Numbered from the stretch's first letter, positions 1-7,066 are shown. The stretch: 11,516 bases of DNA from Candidatus Hydrothermarchaeales archaeon (GCA_036444275.1 JAZGAD010000054.1:1-11516); one strand, 5' to 3'. Translations and numbers: made by a program. The notes: generated by a model not told the origin, from the letters alone.

Positions 1-271
1 GGATGTTGAGGGTTTTTATGACCTGAGGATAAAGGCGAGGTTCGAGTACAGTGAGGGGTACAAAGCCCTGCTCTTGAACAAGGAGATGACGGAGGGGGTC
101 CTCGGGTTTAATCTCGACGAGGCAAAGGAGATGGGCGAAGATGAGGTGCTCGGGAGAATCGAAAAGCTGGTTGGAAACGTTTATGAAGTGATGGGAACCG
201 AACTGGGTTCTAAGTTCAAGAACTTCCTGGTGAAGGACATAAGGAGAGCTAGTGATGGAGGAGAAGACTGA
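1..271 (+). CDS. Replication protein A (RPA)-like OB-fold protein, C-terminal part (5' end outside window)
   Basis: The frame is open from position 2: DVEGFYDLRIKARFEYSEGYKALLLNKEMTEGVLGFNLDEAKEM..., stop at 269-271. VEG-x-YDLRIK...N-x-E-x-TE...G-x-x-L-x-EAK-x-M resembles the segment following the Zn finger in euryarchaeal RPA proteins. The listed start at 74 is internal. Confidence 0.65.
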   Translation, partial: DVEGFYDLRIKARFEYSEGYKALLLNKEMTEGVLGFNLDEAKEMGEDEVLGRIEKLVGNVYEVMGTELGSKFKNFLVKDIRRASDGGED

Positions 272-315
272 AAAGCTATGCAGTTGCCTTGAGAAATTCG
301 GTAAGGAGTATCTAC

Positions 316-864
316 ATGACTACTAACGAACGCTTGAGATGGATCCTTAAGAAGCTGAAGAGCAGGAATACAGAGGGGGTAAACCAGGGAATAGAACTCG
401 TTCATGAGACATGGCAAGGATATATTGCCGAAAAATGGGGGCAGAAAGAAAGCGGTAGTGCAACAAGGCTCCTCCAAAGACTCCTAGACGAATTATTGAT
501 TCTTGCAAGAGACCCTGACTGGCGCATGCGATACGCTGCCCTACGCGCACTGAGAGTCATCACGTTAAGCGATGCCGCAGTGTTAAAGACAGGCGAAATA
601 GCCCATTTACTATTGGAATCCCTACGCGATAACAACGGCAGGGTACGCTATGCATCTGTACACACATTAAATACCCTCAGAATGAATTTCCCAGGCGACT
701 TCTATGTTGAGTACTATCTCACCCTGCAAGAGCTATATGATCTCGAGGCCGACGCTAAGAAGAGGAGAACCCTTGACCAGGCTCTAGACAGGCTCTACTC
801 TCCCTATCTAGAGGACTTATTCTACGCCATGGGATACCGCCCGATGAAAGAGATAGGCAGCTAG
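316..864 (+). CDS. HEAT-repeat protein
   Basis: Two HEAT-like motifs: LARDPDWRMRYAALRAL and LRDNNGRVRYASVHTL. ATG at 316 is preceded by AGGAG (304-308), so it is preferred over TTG at 289. Confidence 0.75.
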   Translation: MTTNERLRWILKKLKSRNTEGVNQGIELVHETWQGYIAEKWGQKESGSATRLLQRLLDELLILARDPDWRMRYAALRALRVITLSDAAVLKTGEIAHLLLESLRDNNGRVRYASVHTLNTLRMNFPGDFYVEYYLTLQELYDLEADAKKRRTLDQALDRLYSPYLEDLFYAMGYRPMKEIGS

Positions 865-883
865 CTAGAGGGAGTGAAGGTAA

Positions 884-1387
884 TTGGACAGCCAAGCAGT
901 TAAAGTCAGGATAATCCGGAGCAAAAGGAGGAAAAAGACCGTAGGCACCAAGCTGGTGAAAGGCGAACTCTGGATCTATCTACCTAGTACTCTATCAAGG
1001 GGAGAAGAGAAGAAGTGGGTGGATAAGATGGTAACGCGGATGCAGCGCCGTAAGAGGAAGCGTGAACTCAACACCGATGATGCGTTAGCTAAGCGTGCCC
1101 GTGACTTGAACTACAAATACTTCACTGGAAGGCTCAAGATTAACTCTATAAAGTACGTTACCAACCAAAACTCGCGTTTCGGGAGCTGCACCTATAAAAA
1201 AGGCACCATCCGCATCTCTGACAGGCTGATGAAGATGCCAGCATGGGTCAGAGACTATGTCATCATCCACGAGCTTGCGCATCTCCTGCATCCCAATCAC
1301 TCAAAGGCTTTCTGGAATGAGGTCCATCGATACAGGTATACTGAGCGAGCCAGGGGGTACCTCAGGGCTAAGGAGATGGAGGATTAA
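884..1387 (+). CDS. YgjP-like/DUF45 (M48/SprT-related) zinc metalloprotein
   Basis: N-terminal IRSKRRKKT, then [23 protein letters not shown] (HExxH) and NHSKAFW, the typical DUF45/YgjP motif series. TTG start preceded by GGGAGTGA. Confidence 0.85.
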   Translation: MDSQAVKVRIIRSKRRKKTVGTKLVKGELWIYLPSTLSRGEEKKWVDKMVTRMQRRKRKRELNTDDALAKRARDLNYKYFTGRLKINSIKYVTNQNSRFGSCTYKKGTIRISDRLMKMPAWVRDYVIIHELAHLLHPNHSKAFWNEVHRYRYTERARGYLRAKEMED

Positions 1388-1390
1388 TTT

Positions 1391-2344
1391 ATGTTCACAT
1401 CTGCAACGCCAGAGGAGAGGAAGATATACTACAACGAGGAATGGAGCAAAGAAGACATACCGGACTTCATCACTACAGCTATCGAAAATAGAGAGTTCGG
1501 TTTCGACCACGACGGCACAGGACCTAGCGACAGATACAACCAGATCTACAGCCTCGACCAACTGGAGAAGTTCCTAGAGTTGCGCTATCCCTACGCCGCT
1601 TACAGCAGCATCTCCTTCTACGAAAGACCCCACAACAGGGAGGGTTGGCTCAACGCAGAGCTCGTCTTCGACATAGACGCGAAGGACCTGCCCATGAGGC
1701 GCTGCACCTGCGAGGCTGGAAACGTATGCAGCACTTGCTTGGAGGATGCAAAGGAATTCCTCTTCCTGATTACAGATGCATTAGAGGGAGACCTCGGCGT
1801 AAAAGAGATAAGATACGTCTACTCGGGCAGAGGCTACCATGTTCGAATATTTGACGAAGACCTAATGTGTATTGGAAGCACTGAGCGAGGCTATATACTC
1901 GACTATATAAGCGGTAGCGTCATACCCAACGACGATCGCTTGAAACTGAAGAGGGGCTATCCCAAGGTCTTCAAGGATAGACTGCTCAAGTTCCTAGAGC
2001 TTGCCGACGAGAAGAAGTTGAAGGAAATATCGAGCATAGGGGCTAAAAAAGCTGGTGAGATAATAAAGGCGAAGAGGAGGATAGCGAACGAGGTGGAGGA
2101 GGGGAATTTCAAGACTTTGGAGGGGATACTGAAGCAGGAGAGCTATACCAAGTTCATGGAGTATCTGAGAAGTATCAATGCTTCAATGCTCGATGGCAAG
2201 GTGACAGTGGATGTTAAACGCATTCTACGCCTGCCGTCGTCGCTTCACTCAGCTGTGAGCATGAAATGCATGGTGGTAAAAAACTTAGAGAAATTCGATC
2301 CATTTAAGGACGCGGTACCAAAGTTTGTAGGGGAAAGGCAGTAG
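1391..2344 (+). CDS. priS: DNA primase small (catalytic) subunit PriS
   Basis: REFGFD, ELVFDIDAKD (DxD), YSGRGYH, DGKVTVDVKRILRLPSSLH, and a CxC...CxxC Zn site; 317 aa. Confidence 0.96.
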   Translation: MFTSATPEERKIYYNEEWSKEDIPDFITTAIENREFGFDHDGTGPSDRYNQIYSLDQLEKFLELRYPYAAYSSISFYERPHNREGWLNAELVFDIDAKDLPMRRCTCEAGNVCSTCLEDAKEFLFLITDALEGDLGVKEIRYVYSGRGYHVRIFDEDLMCIGSTERGYILDYISGSVIPNDDRLKLKRGYPKVFKDRLLKFLELADEKKLKEISSIGAKKAGEIIKAKRRIANEVEEGNFKTLEGILKQESYTKFMEYLRSINASMLDGKVTVDVKRILRLPSSLHSAVSMKCMVVKNLEKFDPFKDAVPKFVGERQ

Positions 2345-2355
2345 TAATAAGTACC

Positions 2356-2365
2356 TTTTTAATTT
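2356..2365 (+). terminator. Possible archaeal oligo-T terminator after priS
   Basis: TTTTTAATTT begins 12 bp after the priS stop. Confidence 0.35.
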
Positions 2366-2367
2366 GT
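2363..2367 (+). repeat. Left target-site duplication TTTGT
   Basis: Directly abuts the left TIR; identical to 7067-7071. Confidence 0.9.
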
Positions 2368-2387
2368 CAGTAGACCACAATGTAGAT
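2368..2387 (+). repeat. Left terminal inverted repeat CAGTAGACCACAATGTAGAT
   Basis: Exact reverse complement of 7047-7066. The CAGT terminus is typical of ISH3-family ends. Confidence 0.93.
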
Positions 2388-2396
2388 TTATGGTCC

Positions 2397-2594
2397 AAGG
2401 AATTCATGGAGCATTATCACAAGCGGAGCAACGTTGAAACAACCTTCCATATGCTCAAAATGAAATTTGGAGACAAGCTTAAATCCAAGAATCCAGTGGC
2501 ACAGGAGAATGAGTTATTGTGTAAGGTGATAGCTCATAACATAGTGGTCTTGATACATGAGATGCACGAGCTAGGTATAACACCTAGCTTCTAA
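2397..2594 (+). pseudogene. C-terminal fragment of a DDE transposase (IS5/IS4-like, DDE_Tnp_1-type)
   Basis: EFMEHYHKRSNVETTFHMLKMKFG...NELLCKVIAHNI carries the Y-x-x-R-x-x-x-E-x6-K signature around the catalytic Glu. Only ~65 aa remain. The listed ORF start at 2364 runs through the TSD/TIR and is not a real start. Left boundary is approximate. Confidence 0.85.
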
Positions 2595-3065
2595 TTTCTT
2601 TATTTTTTCTTTTGTTATAAAAGGTAAGGGTTCAGTCGTCTCTATAACATTCATTATTATTTCATAGTTCTCTATTTCAGTAGGTGGGATTATTAAAAAA
2701 GATATTGGTATTGTTTGGTCTTTCTCAAAGTCACACCATTTACTATTAGGAAAGGTTGGAGGGATATAAGGTAGAAGTTGATTAGTCTTTTTATCCTTTA
2801 GTCTCCATTCTATGTGTGCTCTCCCTTCTGCCCCATTGTTAGTAGCTGCGGTACTAACTCTATATTGAGTGGGTTCTTGCGGTATTTCAATATTAAAAAA
2901 CTGTTCTTTTAATTTTTCAATTGTACTAGGTGGAGGTGGTTCAATTTTCTCGTGGCTAATGACACCAAAAATTATGATAGGTGTTTTTGGACTACTATCC
3001 CAATCATAAACCCAGTATAAACCGCCAATTAACAGAACAATTACTATTATTGAACTTTTTTTCAT
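2571..3065 (-). CDS. Hypothetical membrane-anchored/secreted protein (164 aa)
   Basis: MKKSSIIVIVLLIGGLYWVY signal anchor, PPPP linker, then a beta-rich Ig/CARDB-like region (VSTAATNNGAEG). ATG start. Overlaps the convergent transposase fragment by 24 bp. Confidence 0.7.
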   Translation of the reverse strand: MKKSSIIVIVLLIGGLYWVYDWDSSPKTPIIIFGVISHEKIEPPPPSTIEKLKEQFFNIEIPQEPTQYRVSTAATNNGAEGRAHIEWRLKDKKTNQLLPYIPPTFPNSKWCDFEKDQTIPISFLIIPPTEIENYEIIMNVIETTEPLPFITKEKIKKLEARCYT

Positions 3066-3088
3066 TGTTTTTAATAAAAGAATACAAT

Positions 3089-3146
3089 TGCTAATAAAGT
3101 CTAGCTTCTGCTAATAAAGTCTGCTAATTAAGTGACTAAATTAGCA
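3089..3146. repeat. Cluster of TGCTAAT(A/T)AAGT direct repeats plus a 25-bp near-palindrome
   Basis: TGCTAATAAAGTCT at 3089-3102 and 3109-3122; TGCTAATTAAGT at 3122-3133; TGCTAATTAAGT-G-ACTAAATTAGCA at 3122-3146 has 11 of 12 arm positions complementary. Confidence 0.85.
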
Positions 3147-3167
3147 AAGCCGAGACAATAGAAACTT

Positions 3168-3176
3168 GTTTATATA
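3168..3176 (+). promoter_or_regulatory. Putative TATA box for the 152-aa membrane gene
   Basis: TTTATATAA about 30-40 bp upstream of the ATG at 3208. Confidence 0.5.
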
Positions 3177-3192
3177 ATAACACTGTGGCTAG

Positions 3193-3651
3193 TTGTTAGG
3201 GAAAAGAATGGTAAATTTAGTCGTTCTCTTGATGGGAGCTGTAATAAGTATCGTATTATGTTTAATATGGCGTTGGCTTCGATATTCACAGATAGCACCT
3301 TCGATTACGTCAGATAAAAAGCTAACAAGAATGGGTCTAAGAGGACCTGCCTCTGTAGAGCATTATCATTGGGGGATACTCTTTGGGTTATCTGGATTTT
3401 TCCTCACCTATTATTGTCATCTTGCCCTAGATTCGTTATTTTGGATTGGTTTGGGGGTAATACTGATTCTTTCGGAATTTGCTCAAGAGAATCCTTTCGG
3501 TGCTGGAAAAGATCATTTTCAAACAACTAATATGATTACTGTTGTTCTGGTTGTGGTATTAATTTTAGCTTGGTTCTTCGGGCATGAAATTCTCTGTGCA
3601 AACTATATGGTGCGATTTTCTAGATTGAGTTTCATACTGGCATCAATATGA
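3193..3651 (+). CDS. Hypothetical integral membrane protein (~4 TM)
   Basis: Four hydrophobic segments; EHYHWGILFG and SEFAQENPFGAGKDHF motifs. ATG at 3208 is an alternative start to TTG at 3193. Confidence 0.7.
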   Translation: MLGKRMVNLVVLLMGAVISIVLCLIWRWLRYSQIAPSITSDKKLTRMGLRGPASVEHYHWGILFGLSGFFLTYYCHLALDSLFWIGLGVILILSEFAQENPFGAGKDHFQTTNMITVVLVVVLILAWFFGHEILCANYMVRFSRLSFILASI

Positions 3652-3659
3652 GAATCGTC

Positions 3660-3668
3660 TTTTAAATA
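3660..3668 (+). promoter_or_regulatory. Putative TATA box for the AlbA_2 gene (leaderless-type spacing)
   Basis: TTTTAAATA 21-29 bp upstream of the ATG at 3689. Confidence 0.5.
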
Positions 3669-3688
3669 ATCGTTAAAAAGAAATTAAG

Positions 3689-5047
3689 ATGGAGGGAAAG
3701 ATAGTGTACAATCCGTTTGATAAAAAAATTGATGATTTAGAATTCGATGACCTAAGGAAGTTGATTGAGGAAGAGGTCAAAGAGGGTTTTTACATCGAAT
3801 ATAAAACCGATTTTCAAAAGAATCAGAAAATTGCAAAATCAATTGCTTCTTTTGCAAATACTCATGGTGGGTGGTATTTTATCGGAGTCGAAGATCATGA
3901 AGATACAAATATTGCGAAGGAGTTAGTTGGATTTGGCATCAAAAAGAATAAACAACCACAAGAGAAGATTCGAGACATTGCTAAAGAACACATTCATCCC
4001 CTTCCTATTTTCCACATGAAATTAATTAAGTTCAAAAGAGATAGAGGGATCTTAGTAGTTTTTATTCCTGAGAGTTTTGAAACACCACATGTATTAAGTA
4101 ATGGAGTTATTTATCGGAGGAATGGAGAGCAATCCAGTCCAATACGAGAAACAGATAGATATGCATTGGATAAACTTTATCAGAAATCATTTAATTTTAA
4201 AGAAAGGGTTCTAAAGTTTTGTAAAGATCCCTTTGGGATTACTACCGGGGAAAGTGAAATTAGCCTTCCTTTCCTTAAAATGTATTTCGTGCCAAAGTGG
4301 TTTGATGATATCCATATAGATACTTTTTTCTCCGATGAATATTTAGAAGAAATAAAAGCTTTGATAAATCAAGAAGAAACTCTTTTCGAGTCGCATAAAG
4401 AAGTAGGGACATTTTCACTGACCTTTGAAAATATTACACGTGGTACTCATTCGATTATTTTCAGAGACATTTCTAGGAATGTTGGATTCTCAAACTTTAC
4501 TATCGAATTCTTCAATAATGGGTCCACTAAAATTAGGATACCAATTTCTTTCACTACTGGAATTAATCCTAAATACCAAACTGATCTTGATGATGAATAC
4601 CTTAATCGAATATATGATGAAATCGGTGATGAGATTGAGTTTTTCAAATTAGTAAATATTTATGATTTATTTTTCACAATAAGGTATGCGATACAAAAGT
4701 ATCAAAAATTCTTCGAGAAAATTGAAACTGATTCTAAGATATTAATGGCAATTGAATTAGAAAATATTTATCGACTTATCCCATTTATACAAAATGAGGT
4801 TTACTTAGATTATTTAAAAAAATATCATGTTCCCGTATGTATGTATAAATCTACGAGAGTTCCAGATGTATACAAACCTGAACCTTGGATTGTATTTGAT
4901 AAATTCCAAGGAAAGGATTTTATCTGGATATTAGTTACCGTCCTTAATGGATTGGGCCTAAGTACAATCAAAATAGGAGAAAAAACCATAATGGATGGTT
5001 TTGGTGATTATATTATAGAACTAAGCAAAAAAAATAAATCACCATAA
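3689..5047 (+). CDS. AlbA_2/Schlafen-domain protein with uncharacterised C-terminal domain (452 aa)
   Basis: EGFYIEYK...IAKSIASFANTHGGWYFIGVED...LVVFIPES..PH...GVIYRRNGEQSSP matches the AlbA_2 (Schlafen core) pattern E-x4-EfK, FAN-x-x-GG-x3-GV-x-D. Intact ORF, very AT-rich. Confidence 0.9.
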   Translation: MEGKIVYNPFDKKIDDLEFDDLRKLIEEEVKEGFYIEYKTDFQKNQKIAKSIASFANTHGGWYFIGVEDHEDTNIAKELVGFGIKKNKQPQEKIRDIAKEHIHPLPIFHMKLIKFKRDRGILVVFIPESFETPHVLSNGVIYRRNGEQSSPIRETDRYALDKLYQKSFNFKERVLKFCKDPFGITTGESEISLPFLKMYFVPKWFDDIHIDTFFSDEYLEEIKALINQEETLFESHKEVGTFSLTFENITRGTHSIIFRDISRNVGFSNFTIEFFNNGSTKIRIPISFTTGINPKYQTDLDDEYLNRIYDEIGDEIEFFKLVNIYDLFFTIRYAIQKYQKFFEKIETDSKILMAIELENIYRLIPFIQNEVYLDYLKKYHVPVCMYKSTRVPDVYKPEPWIVFDKFQGKDFIWILVTVLNGLGLSTIKIGEKTIMDGFGDYIIELSKKNKSP

Positions 5048-5057
5048 ATGTCGTATA

Positions 5058-5064
5058 TTTTTTT
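5058..5064 (+). terminator. Possible oligo-T terminator of the AlbA_2 gene
   Basis: T7 run starting 11 bp after the stop, between convergent genes. Confidence 0.45.
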
Positions 5065-5600
5065 ATTTGATTTCAGAAGCAGACACCAAGTTCCACTTTT
5101 TGATATAATCCCCAGATTGCCTGTCTATCGTTCTCTGTGGCTCGATTTTAATCCACTTCCCACTGGACAAACCCCTATGAGTGAGATCAGAATAATATCT
5201 GTTAGGATATCCTCCAAGATCATCTAACCGAACTAAGACCATTGCATGGCCCTCCGCTTCACCACTTGCTTTGAAGAAGCCCACAGCCGACTCCACACCC
5301 GCCCTCTCAAACAAAGCCCCTGTGAGGATAGAATAGTCATCACAGTCACCACTCTTTAGGCTCAGTGTCTCAACAGGTGCTCTGAAGATATTGTTCAAGT
5401 CACTCTCATAGTGAACATTGGCATTCAACCACCCTAGTATTTTCTTTAGCTTACTTACTTCAGAGCTGGAATCTTGCACTCCAGCGAAGCCTAAGACCGC
5501 ATCCAACATATTTCTAGCTTCATAGTAGCAATATTTGTTCCCCGCCTCAGCGTGGTACAAGTCACATTCATCGTCCCATTCAAGCCCAGCGAAGTCATGG
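5063..5600 (-). pseudogene. Transglutaminase-like (papain-fold) protein, 5'-truncated but catalytic domain intact
   Basis: WLNANVHYESD...PVETL..KSGDCDDYSILTGALF...GHAMVLV...WIKIEP gives a Cys-His-Glu candidate triad. Beyond ~5600 the open frame is the antisense of the ISH3 transposase, so the native N-terminus appears lost. Boundary is approximate. Confidence 0.8.
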
Positions 5601-6467
5601 AGTTGTTTGACGAGATATTTGGGATGACTCATGGGATAGCCAGGGCACTGGGTGAACTCAAGAAGCCTGTTGACGTAGCTATCGATATTACTGATCAACT
5701 CTACTATGGAAATAAGAGTGATTCCATGGTGGGGGGGGGGGGACCAAGCCTCAGAGGGGTACTAGCTATGCCTTTAGGTTTGCTACCATAAACATAGTCG
5801 AGAAGGGGATGAGGTTCACCCTCTTAGCACTGCCAATAGGTGTTTTGACCTCTAAGAAGAAGGTCGTAAGAAGACTAATTGAGTATGCACAGTCAAAATC
5901 AAGACCATATACCTTGACAGAGGTTTCTTCACCACTGAGATCATTAACTTGTTGGACGAATTGAATGTGAAATTCTTGATGCCAGCCATCCAAAACAAGC
6001 GGATCAAGGCGTTAGCAGACCAACATCAATCCCCTACTGTTATAGAGTACAAACTGGGTGTTAGAAGGAAACGAAAGAGTGGCAGGACATGGTACAGGGA
6101 TGATGCCACTTGGTTCAACCTCGTGATCGTGACCAACGAAGACGGGATCAAAAGGACTTTTGCTACCAATCTAGAGGTCAAAGAGGAAGATGCATTCAGC
6201 TTGTTTGATTTTTATGAGAAGCGATGGGGTATAGAAACCAGTTATCGTGTTAAAAACGGTTTCAGGGTCAGGACGACATCCAAGAACTACGTTGTCCGGC
6301 TCTTCTACTTCCTGTTGTCAACCTGCTTGTATAATCTCTGGGTGCTTGCCAACATTGCCGTAGCCCTATTAGTATACGGCAAGATCTTGGGGAAGCCCTT
6401 GATTAGTGCAAAGGTCTTCGGTACTATCCTATGCACGGCTCGTTTCATGATAGATAACGGTGGATAA
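5590..6467 (+). pseudogene. ISH3-family DDE transposase, 5'-truncated with two frameshifts
   Basis: Three frames join: VDVAIDITDQLYYG (D1) up to G12 at 5731-5742; TKPQRGTSYAFRFATINIV...FTLLALP from 5743; IKTIYLDRGFF (D2) from 5898 through FATNL, YEKRWGIETSYR (E), RTTSKNYVVRLFYFLLS...YNLWVL. All are ISH3-type motifs. No N-terminal region is recognisable upstream of ~5590. Confidence 0.88.
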
Positions 6468-6480
6468 ATAGCTTCAGGAA

Positions 6481-6488
6481 TTTATATA
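6481..6488 (+). promoter_or_regulatory. Putative TATA box for the passenger gene
   Basis: TTTATATA 27-34 bp upstream of the ATG at 6515. Confidence 0.55.
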
Positions 6489-6514
6489 TTCTATAAGTTA
6501 TCTAGAGCCTGGTA

Positions 6515-6982
6515 ATGGTTGAACATACGTTTTCTTCGGAAGAAAGAATAAAGAATATCGAGAATTTTTTGTTTTTCGGAGTGATTTTAATCGTTTCTTT
6601 TATTTTCATTAGTGATGAAAGATTTGGACCAATAAGGGATATGGAGTTGTTAGGAGACGTTCTAACTTTATTTGCGTTGTTTCCACTTTTCTTTTCGTAC
6701 TTACTTACCTTCTTCTATTTTTATAAAATAAGTAAAAGTTCAGGTGAATCCACTGCGAATACCGTTATAAATTCGATAGTCTCTTTTGTCGAAAATAATA
6801 AGTCGTGGCTTAGCTATCCTGTCACCTTATTTTTGATTTTAATATTCGTATTCGTTGCAAAATCCTTTCCAGGTGTGGGGTGGGAACATATAATACCACC
6901 AATACTCGGTGCTACGTTGTTTTATGTTTTAAAGATGCATCCAAAAATACACGAGAGGTTCAACAATCTCCGATTCAAATAA
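6515..6982 (+). CDS. Hypothetical integral membrane protein (~4 TM), transposon passenger gene
   Basis: 155 aa with four hydrophobic segments; AT-rich; lies between the transposase stop and the right TIR. Confidence 0.7.
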   Translation: MVEHTFSSEERIKNIENFLFFGVILIVSFIFISDERFGPIRDMELLGDVLTLFALFPLFFSYLLTFFYFYKISKSSGESTANTVINSIVSFVENNKSWLSYPVTLFLILIFVFVAKSFPGVGWEHIIPPILGATLFYVLKMHPKIHERFNNLRFK

Positions 6983-7046
6983 TACCTTTAGGGGGATCAA
7001 GAACAATTAATTAATTCCAACATCTACATTATATAATACCAAAATC

Positions 7047-7066
7047 ATCTACATTGTGGTCTACTG
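7047..7066 (-). repeat. Right terminal inverted repeat (ATCTACATTGTGGTCTACTG on + strand)
   Basis: 20/20 reverse complement of 2368-2387. Confidence 0.93.

Larger units (their letters stand above)
2368..7066. mobile_element. Non-autonomous cargo-carrying transposon with ISH3-type ends
   Basis: Perfect 20-bp inverted repeats at 2368-2387 and 7047-7066, flanked by direct repeat TTTGT at 2363-2367 and 7067-7071. Contains an ISH3-family transposase remnant. Interior is mostly AT-rich relative to the flanks. Confidence 0.9.

Noticed and set aside
181-1854. Short overlapping ORFs (181-477, 347-550, 402-635, 1085-1300, 1257-1577, 1301-1561, 1645-1854)
   Set aside because: Antisense or off-frame shadows of well-supported genes, with no recognisable motifs.
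2364-2396. Listed 76-aa ORF start (TTG at 2364, MSVDHNVDLWS)
   Set aside because: The start codon lies in the TSD and the first codons are the TIR; this is chance read-through into the transposase fragment.
3089-3146. Mini CRISPR array
   Set aside because: Repeats are 12-14 bp with 0-6 bp between them, far from CRISPR repeat/spacer sizes; no cas genes.
4425-4652. ORFs 4425-4652 (+) and 4447-4647 (-)
   Set aside because: Fully inside the AlbA_2 gene; no independent support.
5552-5993. ORFs 5552-5791 (+), 5766-5993 (-) and the start at 5949 as independent genes
   Set aside because: They are pieces or antisense shadows of one frameshifted ISH3 transposase.
2368-7066. Casposon, provirus or integrase-type island interpretation
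   Set aside because: No Cas1, family B polymerase, tyrosine/serine recombinase, capsid gene or tRNA target. The 5-bp TSD and CAGT ends fit the ISH3-type DDE remnant.
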